IMG/VR virus record: IMGVR_UViG_3300012921_000070
Span: 1-52,643 of that record
Strand: one strand, 5' to 3'
From: a virus
Lineage: Duplodnaviria > Caudoviricetes
Length of the DNA stretch: 52,643 nt
This document shows, piece by piece, positions 16,864 to 26,137 of this stretch. The translations under genes and the position numbers were made by a program. The notes beneath the pieces are model-generated. The model did not search any database, had not been told where the DNA came from, and saw only the letters and a list, made by a program, of their open reading frames with translations. The first letter of the stretch is position 1; every line of letters starts with the position of its first letter.

Positions 16864-18210
16864 ATGTCTCTCGCGCACCAGATCGTGCCGGCAGGCGAGG
16901 GGAAGGGCGACACGTCGCTGCTCCGATATGATGCGGCATGTCGCGCGCTCGCCGAAGCCAAGTCGGTCGATGAGGTAAAGGACGTTCGCGACCGCGCCGA
17001 GGCGATGCGTGCCTATGCGCGCCAGGCCAAGAACAAGCAACTCGAGGTCGACGCAGCCGAAATCCGAATCCGTGCAGAGCGGCGGCTTGGCGAGATGATC
17101 GCTGGTCAGAAGGCGACCGTCGGCCTGAACGAAGGTGGCCGACCGAAAACCGGGTTGCAGAAAAACCCAGTTTCCAAGCCGACACTCGCCGAAGCAGGCA
17201 TCGACAAGAACCTTGCCGACCGCGCCCGCAAGATGGCGGCAGTGCCGGCGGACCAGTTCGAAGAGATGGTGGGCGACTGGCGCGTCCGCGTGGCCGACGA
17301 GAACGAGCGCGTCACGACGAACCTTTTGAAGGCTGGCGAAAAGAAGCTCGCCCGTGACGAGAAGGAAGCCGCGCTCGCCGAGAAGATGCGCGCCGCTGCC
17401 GAAAGCCTGGGGCAGGGCAGTTTCGGCGTGATCTATGCCGATCCGCCGTGGCGTTTCGAGCCATATAGCCGCGACACCGGCATGGACCGCGCTGCCGACA
17501 ATCACTACCCGACCATGGACGTCGAAGCGATCTGTCGCATGGAAGTCCCGGCCGCTGACGACTGTGCGTTGTTCCTCTGGGCGACCGCTCCGATGCTGCC
17601 GGAGGCTCTGGCGGTGATGTTCGCCTGGGGCTTCGAATACAAGTCCCAGATCATCTGGGCCAAGGATCGGATCGGCACCGGATACTGGGCGAGGAACAAG
17701 CACGAGATACTGTTGATCGGGACCAAGGGCAGCATTCCAGCCCCGGCGCCTGGAACACAACCGGAGAGCGTCATCGTCGCTCCCGTCGGCGTGCACAGCG
17801 CAAAGCCTGAACTGTTCGCGGAGATGATCGAGCGTCTGTTCCCGAACCTTCCGAAGATTGAGATGTTCGCGCGGACCAGCCGGCCGGGATGGCAAGGCTG
17901 GGGCGCGGAAGCAGATACCGAGGCACCTACGGCGCGCCCGGAAGCGACGGTAAATCCCGTTGCCCATGTAAGAACGCCCGCGCCCGCAAAGTCCTCGTCT
18001 CAGGGGCCATCCGAAGCGGAAGGCTCCGGGGCGGCGCATGGCCCACAAGGGTCGCCCGTCGCCCCACCCATTCAGCAGTTGAGCCCGGCCGATCGCGTCC
18101 GGCTCCTGCGCCCGCACTGCGCTCATCCAGATGATCTCTCGCAATGCGCTGGCGTGGGCCGGAAGCACTGCCACGCCTGTGCCGCAACTATTGAGCCGGA
18201 GGCCGCATGA
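16864..18210 (+). CDS. MT-A70 family adenine methyltransferase with N-terminal helical domain
   Basis: IYADPPW, LFLWAT, WGFEYK, HSAKP, IEMFAR. Confidence 0.9.
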   Translation: MSLAHQIVPAGEGKGDTSLLRYDAACRALAEAKSVDEVKDVRDRAEAMRAYARQAKNKQLEVDAAEIRIRAERRLGEMIAGQKATVGLNEGGRPKTGLQKNPVSKPTLAEAGIDKNLADRARKMAAVPADQFEEMVGDWRVRVADENERVTTNLLKAGEKKLARDEKEAALAEKMRAAAESLGQGSFGVIYADPPWRFEPYSRDTGMDRAADNHYPTMDVEAICRMEVPAADDCALFLWATAPMLPEALAVMFAWGFEYKSQIIWAKDRIGTGYWARNKHEILLIGTKGSIPAPAPGTQPESVIVAPVGVHSAKPELFAEMIERLFPNLPKIEMFARTSRPGWQGWGAEADTEAPTARPEATVNPVAHVRTPAPAKSSSQGPSEAEGSGAAHGPQGSPVAPPIQQLSPADRVRLLRPHCAHPDDLSQCAGVGRKHCHACAATIEPEAA

Positions 18211-18338
18211 CGATCAACCTTCCCCAACTCATTGCCGTGGTGCCTCTCGCGGTCGTGCTGGGCGCGGTGATCGCTGCGGTGATCGTCGCCGGCGAATACG
18301 TGATGGCGCGTCTCGGTCTCGGCATCGGGAGCAAGTGA
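18207..18338 (+). CDS. Small membrane protein (43 aa)
   Basis: ATGA-coupled; MTINLPQLIAVVPLAVVLGAVIAAVIVAGEY... Confidence 0.5.
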   Translation: MTINLPQLIAVVPLAVVLGAVIAAVIVAGEYVMARLGLGIGSK

Positions 18339-18339
18339 C

Positions 18340-18486
18340 ATGGCCGCGACCGAAGTTCCCAAGCCGACCGACGCTGATATCGAGCGCGAGCTGAACCGTG
18401 CCTTCATGGCAGTGGAAGGGCGCTCGATTGATGATTGGGCGGAAGGGCTGAGCCGACCGCGGAAGACGAAGCGGAGGGCGGCTTGA
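18340..18486 (+). CDS. Small hypothetical protein (48 aa)
   Basis: GGAG RBS; fills operon gap. Confidence 0.45.
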   Translation: MAATEVPKPTDADIERELNRAFMAVEGRSIDDWAEGLSRPRKTKRRAA

Positions 18487-18713
18487 TGTCCACCGTCGCC
18501 TACAAGGGCAAGGTCAAGGATAGCCAAGTCAGCGCCTACGGTCTTTTCCGCGCCGGCAAGGACACGATGCAGATCGCCGAGTTGCTCGGCATTTCCGAGG
18601 CTGTCGCATCGCGTCGCGTGTTCATCGGCCGCTACAAGTTCAAGAAACTGGCGATGGGTTTCGAGCCGCGCTCGACGCGCCGGCCCGGTCGCCCCAGGAA
18701 GGATGCGGCATGA
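18486..18713 (+). CDS. Small HTH protein with AT-hook
   Basis: DTMQIAELLGISEAVASRR; RPGRPRK. Confidence 0.65.
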   Translation: MSTVAYKGKVKDSQVSAYGLFRAGKDTMQIAELLGISEAVASRRVFIGRYKFKKLAMGFEPRSTRRPGRPRKDAA

Positions 18714-18901
18714 CCGCGCTCCTGATCTCCACCGGCTTCGTTCTCTCATTCGCGGCTGGCTTTGCCACGTGCTGGGCCGCATCGCGCAAGCAAATCAGAG
18801 AAGCCAAGGCCGACCTTATGGACGCGCTCTACGCGCGCCACGCTCTTTCCGAACACGTCCGGTTCAACCGGGAACAGCACGTCGCGAGGATGGTCCCATG
18901 A
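18710..18901 (+). CDS. Small membrane-anchored protein
   Basis: N-terminal hydrophobic helix; coupled. Confidence 0.5.
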   Translation: MTALLISTGFVLSFAAGFATCWAASRKQIREAKADLMDALYARHALSEHVRFNREQHVARMVP

Positions 18902-19106
18902 GAACGGATCATCGTCATTTGCGGCAGCCCGACGCGGTGAACGTGGGGTCTGCCACTCGAATTCCAACTGCTTCGGTCGCTGAGATTGGCGTCCTGTCGA
19001 GCGAAGCATTTTCAGTCCCTTTCTGGCCCTGGCCCATCCGCCCCTTCGAAAGGGGCTCAGTCGCCGTTGGTTCGACGGACACGAACCTACGCGAAAGGAA
19101 ACCAAA

Positions 19107-19517
19107 TTGTCCGAACCAAGACGGTGCGAATCCGCACCAAAACGGGGCGATAGCGTGATGAGTGAAAGTATCGCTGCAAGAGAGGCGTTCGAATATCTGA
19201 ACGCTGGCACGAGACGGGAGTTTCGCGGCTGGGGCGACACGCGCTCCGCCGCGAGGGATCGGGCCGCAGGACAGGCTGGTGTCACTTCCGCGCAGGCCGA
19301 GCGCCTGTGGAAGCACTGGCAGACGATGAAGACCGTGAACGGGGATGTCTACCGGCTGTTGCGGAACGCCTACGGACACCTCTGCGAAAGCATCGAGAAC
19401 AAGGCTGCCGCCATCGAGCGTGAGGCCCAAGAAATCGAGGAAGCCAATGAGGTTCTGGAACGCGCTCGCCAGCCTGTGGTGCGCGCTGAAACGTCGGCGC
19501 CGCGCGCGCCGCAATAG
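19107..19517 (+). CDS. Putative phage regulator (CII-like position)
   Basis: TTG after AAAGGAA; GDTRSAARDRAA..GVTSAQAERLW HTH-like. Confidence 0.55.
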   Translation: MSEPRRCESAPKRGDSVMSESIAAREAFEYLNAGTRREFRGWGDTRSAARDRAAGQAGVTSAQAERLWKHWQTMKTVNGDVYRLLRNAYGHLCESIENKAAAIEREAQEIEEANEVLERARQPVVRAETSAPRAPQ

Positions 19518-19526
19518 GGGGTGATG

Positions 19527-19778
19527 ATGGCAGAGGAGAGCACATTCGAACGGGTGAAGCGCGTCGTCATCGAAGCGCTCAATGTTGACGCCGAAGCCGA
19601 GGGCGTCGTGGACGATGCAGCATGCCTTGAAGAGTTAGACGCCGACAGCCTCGATGCCGTGACCATCGTCATGATGCTTGAGGAGGAGTTCGGCATCGAA
19701 ATCCCCGACGAGGACGCAGACACAATCGAGACGGCCGGCGACGCGGTCAAAGTAATCGACCGTCTCTGCGCCGCGTAA
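19527..19778 (+). CDS. acpP: Acyl carrier protein
   Basis: Acidic ~83 aa; LDADSLDAV phosphopantetheine Ser; LEEEFGIEIPDEDA. Confidence 0.9.
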   Translation: MAEESTFERVKRVVIEALNVDAEAEGVVDDAACLEELDADSLDAVTIVMMLEEEFGIEIPDEDADTIETAGDAVKVIDRLCAA

Positions 19779-19802
19779 CCCCAACCAACCAAGGAACCCA
19801 CC

Positions 19803-20354
19803 ATGTCCAAGGCATCATCGCCGGCAGAGGCCGGGCATAACTCCGAACTGACGCCTGCTGAGCGGAAAGCTCTCTTCTTCGACCACTACCGCCCCATCGC
19901 GGCGCAGCTCGAAAAGGTCCGGGAGGCACAGGCCGAATACAAGCGGCTCCGCAAGCTGGCTAAGGCCGACAAGATCGCGCTCTGGGAAATCGACTACGCG
20001 CTGAAATGCGCCGAAGTCGAGGACGAGAACATCATCCCCGACCGGATCAAGCGCGAGGCTGAAATCGCGGCGTGGTTTGCATTGCCGGTCGAGTATCAGT
20101 CCGACCTGTTCGGCGACTTCTCGCGAGAGCCAGGCGTTGACCGCGCGCGCCGCGAGGGTGCCACGGCCGGCGCTACGGGACACGGCAGCAACCCCTACGA
20201 CGAGAACAGTGACCAGGGCCGCGCATGGGCCGAAGCATGGCGCGAGGAGCAGGCCAAGGCCCGTGAAGCGCTCCAGTCCGCCATGGAGAAGCGCAACGCC
20301 GCTCTCGCCGACAATGACGACGCCGATCCCGGCTTTGCGGACGCTGCGGAGTAG
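19803..20354 (+). CDS. Phage protein, helical N-terminus and Rmf/CrpP-like C-terminus
   Basis: ARREGATAG...NPY...WAEAW resembles the RMF pattern; AAGGA RBS. Confidence 0.55.
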   Translation: MSKASSPAEAGHNSELTPAERKALFFDHYRPIAAQLEKVREAQAEYKRLRKLAKADKIALWEIDYALKCAEVEDENIIPDRIKREAEIAAWFALPVEYQSDLFGDFSREPGVDRARREGATAGATGHGSNPYDENSDQGRAWAEAWREEQAKAREALQSAMEKRNAALADNDDADPGFADAAE

Positions 20355-20363
20355 GAGCGGGCG

Positions 20364-21059
20364 ATGCAACACGTCGATCCCAGCCGCATGAGCCGATCCG
20401 AACTGATCACGCGGATCGACAACCTCGAGGCCGAAGTGGAGGCGCTTCGCGATGCCGGAAAGCCAGATCGGACGCTTCGACTGCAGAACGCGTTCCATTT
20501 GACGGCGCAGGAGTGCAAGTTGGTCGCGCTCCTGAGCGACGGCCGGCCGCGCCGGAAAGAGCAGATCATGTCCGGCATCTACAGCGACAGGATCGACGAT
20601 CCGCCGGAGATGAAAATCATCGACGTATGGGTCTGCAAGGTCAGGAGAAAGCTCGACCCGCACGGCGTCCACATCGAAACGGTGTGGGGATCTGGCTATT
20701 ACCTGACGGACCATGCTGGCGTTCTCAAGCTGGTCATGGACGGCGGTGTCCCGCCGCTCGTGAATGCTCCGCCGGAACGGCCCCATCCGCAACACTTGGA
20801 GCGGCGCAAGAAGGGCGCGGACATCGAACTCCTGCTCGCGGATTTCCGATCGCATGATGACGGGAATGGGATGGTTTCATTCCGGTATCGCGAGTTGGCC
20901 GCGCGCACCGGTGTCAGGCGGACGATTTCGTCCCTCATGGATCGGCTGGAGCATCGCGGCCTGATCAAGATCGTCTCACGTCCCCAGCGCGGAGCCGATG
21001 GCGGCCCCTGGATTGTGCGCCTCGCCGCGTCGCAGCGAGCCGAGAAGGTGTCGCCATGA
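20364..21059 (+). CDS. CtrA-like OmpR wHTH domain lacking receiver, plus second wHTH
   Basis: PPEMKIIDVWVCKVRRKL...IETVWGSGYYL versus remembered CtrA EPELKIIDVFICKLRKKL...IETVWGRGYVL. Confidence 0.8.
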   Translation: MQHVDPSRMSRSELITRIDNLEAEVEALRDAGKPDRTLRLQNAFHLTAQECKLVALLSDGRPRRKEQIMSGIYSDRIDDPPEMKIIDVWVCKVRRKLDPHGVHIETVWGSGYYLTDHAGVLKLVMDGGVPPLVNAPPERPHPQHLERRKKGADIELLLADFRSHDDGNGMVSFRYRELAARTGVRRTISSLMDRLEHRGLIKIVSRPQRGADGGPWIVRLAASQRAEKVSP

Positions 21060-21436
21060 CCGATCTCCAACGCGAATTCGCCATGCTGCTCCGCCTGGCC
21101 TTTCTCGCCTTCATCATCGGCATATCGCTCATCGTCGGCATTACGGCCGGCAGCATGAGAGCATGTGCCCATGAGGCGACGAACACGGCAGGGCAGCCGC
21201 TCGGCTGGTCCTACCCCCTGTCGTGCTGTTCGCTCACGGACTGCAGGCCGGCGGCCTCGAACGAGGTTCGCGAGACTGCCAACGGCTATCGCCTCGTCAC
21301 GACAGGCGAGGTCGTTCCTTACACCGATAGGCGCGTGAAGGATTCTCCCTCTGGCGATTTCCACGTCTGTCAGCAGGGCGGCGATTTCGACAAGGGCAGG
21401 GTGCTTTGCCTGTTTCGGCCGGCGAGGGGGTTCTAG
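21056..21436 (+). CDS. Secreted Cys-rich protein
   Basis: Signal peptide; GWSYPLSCCSLTDC...SPSGDFHVC...CLF. Confidence 0.7.
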   Translation: MTDLQREFAMLLRLAFLAFIIGISLIVGITAGSMRACAHEATNTAGQPLGWSYPLSCCSLTDCRPAASNEVRETANGYRLVTTGEVVPYTDRRVKDSPSGDFHVCQQGGDFDKGRVLCLFRPARGF

Positions 21437-22111
21437 ATGGCGGCCTCTGCACGCGGGCTTTTCCGAGCCACCGGGAAGGCGTCGAAGCCTGTGGCGGCTC
21501 GTATGCTCGACGGCTCGTTTGCTAAAGTAGAGCATCTGGAGCGGGAGAAGGACGAATTCTATCCAACGCCACCGGAGCCGATTCGCGCCCTGCTTCATGC
21601 AGAAGGTGATAGGCTTCGCGATTTCGAATCCATATGGGAAGCGAGCGCGGGAGATGGCGCGATTGTCCGCGAACTGGAAGCGCTTGGCTTCAAGGTCCAT
21701 GCCTCCGATCTTGTCGATAGAGGCTGCGGAGCCGAGATCCGAAGCTTCTATGACTACACCGTTCCACCTTCGAAAGCGACGGTCCAGAATCCTCCCTTTG
21801 CCGAATGCGGTTGGGGGAACGGGAAAGCGCGGTGGCTGAAACACGCGCTGGAAACTCTCGACCTGGAATACATGGCGCTGTTGATGAATTGGGGCTGGCC
21901 TGGCGCGGGCGGACTTGGTCCGTTCTATGCCAAGTATCCGCCGGCCCGCGTCTATCTCATGCGCTGGAAGATCGACTTCACCGGGCAGGGCGCTCCGCCC
22001 ATGCTCAATGGCTGGTTCGTGTGGGACAAGGCATGGAAGGGCGAAACCGTCCTGAGGATGCTCGACCGCAAGGACGCGCGGCAGGCCGAACTCTTCGGAG
22101 ATGTCGCATGA
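21437..22111 (+). CDS. DNA N6-adenine methyltransferase
   Basis: FYPTP, WEASAGDG, QNPPF. Confidence 0.8.
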   Translation: MAASARGLFRATGKASKPVAARMLDGSFAKVEHLEREKDEFYPTPPEPIRALLHAEGDRLRDFESIWEASAGDGAIVRELEALGFKVHASDLVDRGCGAEIRSFYDYTVPPSKATVQNPPFAECGWGNGKARWLKHALETLDLEYMALLMNWGWPGAGGLGPFYAKYPPARVYLMRWKIDFTGQGAPPMLNGWFVWDKAWKGETVLRMLDRKDARQAELFGDVA

Positions 22112-22869
22112 CAAATCCCATCAAGCGCGAGGTGACGATCGGCAACTGCCGGCTGCTTCTGGGTGACTGCCTGGAGATCCTGCCGATGCTCGGCAAGGTG
22201 GATGCGGTGGTGACGGACCCGCCGTATGGGATTGGTGCGCATTTTCCTGCGCCGCGACCACGCTCCTTTCGAGCGACTGGAACCCGCGCCGCTTTCGGTG
22301 AGCATCGTCGGCCAATTCACGGTGACGACCAGCCATTCGATCCGTCTCCTTGGATGCAATGGCCCTGTATTCTCTGGGGGGCCAACCATTACAGCTCTCG
22401 CCTGACGCATGGCCGCTGGCTGGTCTGGAACAAGTTGGGGGAGAAGGAGCCGTGGGATTCTCGTAGCGACGTAGAACTCGCATGGCAGAACGTACGCGCC
22501 AAGGACACGATTTTTTCGCTCTTGTGGAAAGGGCTCGTCAGAGCCGGCGATGTCGAACGACAGGGCGCGGCTGCCGGGAAGAAGTTGCACCCCACTGAAA
22601 AGCCCGTTCCTCTCATGCTATGGTGCCTAGGCTTTCTGCCTAAAGCCAGCACCATCCTTGACCCATACATGGGCTCCGGCACGACCGGCGTGGCCTGCGT
22701 CAGGCTCGGCCGGTCGTTCATCGGCATCGAGATCGACGAGGGCTATTTCGACATCGCCTGTGATCGCATCGCCAAGGCGGTGGCACAGCCTGACATGTTC
22801 ATTGAGCAGGCAAGATTTCCGGAGCCGGCGCAACAGCCCCTCTTCGGCCCCACAGGGGAGGCCGCATGA
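22108..22869 (+). CDS. Beta-class DNA methyltransferase (m4C/m6A)
   Basis: GDCLE, TDPPYG, HPTEKP, LDPYMGSGTTG, FIGIE. Confidence 0.92.
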   Translation: MTNPIKREVTIGNCRLLLGDCLEILPMLGKVDAVVTDPPYGIGAHFPAPRPRSFRATGTRAAFGEHRRPIHGDDQPFDPSPWMQWPCILWGANHYSSRLTHGRWLVWNKLGEKEPWDSRSDVELAWQNVRAKDTIFSLLWKGLVRAGDVERQGAAAGKKLHPTEKPVPLMLWCLGFLPKASTILDPYMGSGTTGVACVRLGRSFIGIEIDEGYFDIACDRIAKAVAQPDMFIEQARFPEPAQQPLFGPTGEAA

Positions 22870-23444
22870 TCATCCTCGGGCTGGACGTGGCAACGACGAC
22901 GGGGTTCGCGTGGTATGACACCGACGCGAAAAGCCTGTCGGCGATCAAGACAGGGCTGATCAAGGCGGAGGGCGACAACGCCGAACAGAAGGCTGCGTCT
23001 CTGGCGCAGCAACTGGTCCGCATGTTTCGCGACCCGGTGACGCGAGAGCCGAGCCTGCCCGACTTCGTCGTGATCGAACAGCCCATGCGCAACGTGAAGA
23101 CCTTCACCAAGCGCCGGCAGGACTTTGGCGGCGAGGTCGAGGAGCAGACCATCAACCCGAACGCGTTGCAGCTCGAGGGGCTTGTCTGCGCCGTCGTGGC
23201 GATCGTGGCGGCCTATCGCCTGCCGTGGGAGACCATCCCGGCGGCTACGTGGCGCAAGGCCTTCCTCGGCATGGGGCGGTCGCCCGGAATGAACCGGGCC
23301 GGCTGGAAAAAGGCCGCGGTCGATCGGTGCCGCGCACTGCGGATCGATGTTCGCAATTCGGATGCCGCGGAAGCGGTCGGAATCGCCTTTGCCGGCGCCG
23401 GGCTCCAGGCCTTCAAGATGATGGAACGCGGGAGGGCGGCGTGA
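22866..23444 (+). CDS. RuvC-like Holliday junction resolvase
   Basis: ILGLDVATTTGFA, VVIEQP, TWRK, DAAEAVGI. Confidence 0.8.
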   Translation: MIILGLDVATTTGFAWYDTDAKSLSAIKTGLIKAEGDNAEQKAASLAQQLVRMFRDPVTREPSLPDFVVIEQPMRNVKTFTKRRQDFGGEVEEQTINPNALQLEGLVCAVVAIVAAYRLPWETIPAATWRKAFLGMGRSPGMNRAGWKKAAVDRCRALRIDVRNSDAAEAVGIAFAGAGLQAFKMMERGRAA

Positions 23445-24013
23445 GTGTTCAAGCGTCATTCTTCCCGCCGGACGTTGTGAGCGATGCGACGTTTTCCGCA
23501 GACGGGTCATGTCGGCTCACGCTCGTGCGCAGGTGGGGCCCCGGGCCGTCACTATGCCTCATCGGCTGCAACCCCTCGCGCGCCGGTCGTGATCGCGAAG
23601 ACCCGACGAGCCGGTGGTGGGTGAATTGGGCTCAGATCAGCGGCTACGGCCGGCTGACCGCAGTGAATCTTTACCCCTTCATCAGCAGCAGTCCTGCGGA
23701 ATGCCGCAAGATTGCCGACTGGCAGTCGAACGGCCCTGACTGGTATGCGCGGGACGCCATTCAGGACAACCTCGACGTCGTGGTGCGAGAGGCAAAAGCC
23801 GCCGATCGCGTCGTCGCATGTTGGGGCGCCATCGCATGGGACGGCGACTGGATAGATCACGTCATCGAAGCGATTCAGAGCGGCGAAGAGCCTTGGCCGG
23901 ACATCTACTGTTTCGGCAAAACCCAAGGCGGGGCTCCCATGCACCCGCTCGCCCGCGGCAAGCATCGTTTGGCCCCGGATGTCTCGCTGAAGATCTGGCA
24001 GGCCGCGGCATGA
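23441..24013 (+). CDS. DUF1643 family protein
   Basis: LVRRW, NPSRA...DPT, NLYP, ACWG, PMHPL. Confidence 0.8.
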   Translation: MSVQASFFPPDVVSDATFSADGSCRLTLVRRWGPGPSLCLIGCNPSRAGRDREDPTSRWWVNWAQISGYGRLTAVNLYPFISSSPAECRKIADWQSNGPDWYARDAIQDNLDVVVREAKAADRVVACWGAIAWDGDWIDHVIEAIQSGEEPWPDIYCFGKTQGGAPMHPLARGKHRLAPDVSLKIWQAAA

Positions 24014-25479
24014 ACGCGATCAACCACTCCCGCGACTTCTACGCCCTGCCGGACGCGATCGAGGCGCCGAACAACATGACGTCGGAACAGGCGCTGTTGG
24101 GCTTGCTGATGCTCAATCCGAAGGGCTTCGATGAAGTGTCGGGGCTCTTGACGGAAGATGACTTCTTCGAACCGCTGCACCGTCGCCTGTTCCAAGCGAT
24201 TTCCGGCCTGCTCTCCCAGGGCAAGAAGGCAACGCCGCCGACCCTGATCCCGTTCATGCCTACCGACGGCAAGATCGGCGACATGTCGATTCCGCAGTAT
24301 CTTGCCAAGTTGTGTGCCGAGGCGGTCCGGATGTCAGGCGCGGCCGGATATGCCGGCGCGATCAAAGACGCCGCGTTTCGGCGTTCGATGGTCTCGGCAG
24401 GGCAGGACATCGTTGCCCTCGGGTATCAAGCCGATGCGGCGGCGTCCCGTGCCGAACTACTGTCGGCCGCCCAGGATCGGCTCTTCGCCCTGTCGGCCGG
24501 CGATGACGGTGCGGACATGATGACCGCCAAGGATGAAGCGGATCGCATGATGTCGGCCACCGGCATCGTCCGCCGCCCCACGGTCCCGCTGCCGCTCCCC
24601 CAGCTCCGCGAGGTCATGGGCGAGGAGTTGGAGGCCGGCAACCTCTACGGCATGCTATCGGGCTCGGGCGAGGGCAAGACGTCCATGGTGCTCCAGATCA
24701 TCCGCCACGCTGCGGAACAGGGCCACCCCGTCCTCCTGCTCTCCTACGACCAGTTGTGGGACCAGTGCCTGCTTCAGATGGTCTCGCAGAAGCTCGGTAT
24801 CGAGCACAACCGGCTGAAGGATGAAACCCGTCTCCAGACGCGTGAGCGGGAACAGAAATGGGATGCGGTCATGGATCTGCGGTCCCTGCCGATGGTGTTC
24901 AAGAAGTGCTCCGGCCGTCGGGACGGATCGGCACAGATCGCCGGCTACGCCAAGCGGTTCCTGATCACCTATGCGCCGCGGTTCGAGAAGGTCCCGCTCA
25001 TCGTGCTCGACCATACCCGCAAGGTGAAGCCGAAGAGCGACCGCGATCATGAGGGCAGGGTGGCGGCAGAGGTCAACGGCGTCTGCAAGGACGTGGCGTC
25101 GGAACACGACGCGGTTTGGCTAAGCCTGAATCAACGCTCGAGCGCGGGCGCTAAGCGAAAGAACCCGCGACCGATCGATGCGGACCTGTTCGGCGGCGAG
25201 ATGGCGCGGGAGGATTACGACGGCATTTTCTACCTCTACCGCGCTTGGAAATACCGGAAGGCGCAGCTCGCCACAGCGGCAGATGAGAGAGAGGAACGGG
25301 AGGTCGAGGCCAGGTTCTCCCGTGGCAAATGGGAAGAGGACCATGCCGAACTCGGTGCGCTGAAGGTGCGGTTCGGAGATCCATCCATCGCCCGCCGTAT
25401 CCGGTTCGAGGCTCAATACACACGCTACGTTTCGATGCGGGAAGAAGGCCCGCCGGAACTGTTCGAAGGAGGTCTGTGA
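24010..25479 (+). CDS. DnaB-like replicative helicase
   Basis: N-domain EQALLG...DFFEPLHRRLF; Walker A SGSGEGKTS; Walker B IVLDH; KVRFG. Confidence 0.88.
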   Translation: MNAINHSRDFYALPDAIEAPNNMTSEQALLGLLMLNPKGFDEVSGLLTEDDFFEPLHRRLFQAISGLLSQGKKATPPTLIPFMPTDGKIGDMSIPQYLAKLCAEAVRMSGAAGYAGAIKDAAFRRSMVSAGQDIVALGYQADAAASRAELLSAAQDRLFALSAGDDGADMMTAKDEADRMMSATGIVRRPTVPLPLPQLREVMGEELEAGNLYGMLSGSGEGKTSMVLQIIRHAAEQGHPVLLLSYDQLWDQCLLQMVSQKLGIEHNRLKDETRLQTREREQKWDAVMDLRSLPMVFKKCSGRRDGSAQIAGYAKRFLITYAPRFEKVPLIVLDHTRKVKPKSDRDHEGRVAAEVNGVCKDVASEHDAVWLSLNQRSSAGAKRKNPRPIDADLFGGEMAREDYDGIFYLYRAWKYRKAQLATAADEREEREVEARFSRGKWEEDHAELGALKVRFGDPSIARRIRFEAQYTRYVSMREEGPPELFEGGL

Positions 25480-25841
25480 TGTTTGCAGTGAGCGCGCGGC
25501 GCACGATGGCGGGAGCGAAGCGATTGCACGTCGATCCGCCGGTGGCGAAGGCGTCATTGCCGCCGCCGGCTGTGGTCGAGCGGCCGAAGGTCGAAGTGGT
25601 GCGCAGCCCGGTTCAGGCTGTCATTGCCGTGATCGCGGAAAGGCACGGGATCACGGTGAAAGAGATGATGGCACGCTCCCGGGCCGGTCGGCTCGTCAAG
25701 GCTAGGCACGAGGCCATCGTCACAGTCGCCACGACATGCACGGTGGGCGGGGAGAGGATGTCGCTCGCGCAGATCGGCCGCATTTTCCAGCGCGACCATA
25801 CATCCATCTTGCATGTGCTGCAGAAGGCGCGCGTTCGATGA
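25479..25841 (+). CDS. DnaA domain IV-like HTH protein
   Basis: SRAGRLVKARHEAI...SLAQIGRIFQRDHTSILH. Confidence 0.82.
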   Translation: MFAVSARRTMAGAKRLHVDPPVAKASLPPPAVVERPKVEVVRSPVQAVIAVIAERHGITVKEMMARSRAGRLVKARHEAIVTVATTCTVGGERMSLAQIGRIFQRDHTSILHVLQKARVR

Positions 25842-26137
25842 ACGAATTCCGAGCCTTTGCCGCCCCGGTCTGTGCCGGCTGGCATGCGATGATCCGGTTG
25901 CCGGCCGATGCGGCGGCGCGGCCGATAATGGCCGACGGCGGGCGCCCGAAGGTGTTCCCGACCGAACTGGAGGCGCACAAAGAGGCGACGCGTCACCTCG
26001 AGCGCTATGTCAACGGCAACATGCGGCGTGACGGCGCTACGCTGGGCGAGATGGACCCGGACGTTGAACGCGTCTTTGCCAACTTCGCCAAGCAGCGCGG
26101 GCGGGACCGTAGGATACCGGTGGAGGTGCGAAGATGA
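25838..26137 (+). CDS. Hypothetical protein
   Basis: ATGA-coupled. Confidence 0.55.
   Translation: MNEFRAFAAPVCAGWHAMIRLPADAAARPIMADGGRPKVFPTELEAHKEATRHLERYVNGNMRRDGATLGEMDPDVERVFANFAKQRGRDRRIPVEVRR

Noticed and set aside
16435-18174. 579-aa minus-strand ORF
   Set aside because: Shadow of the MT-A70 gene; only the last 111 codons look like a real protein
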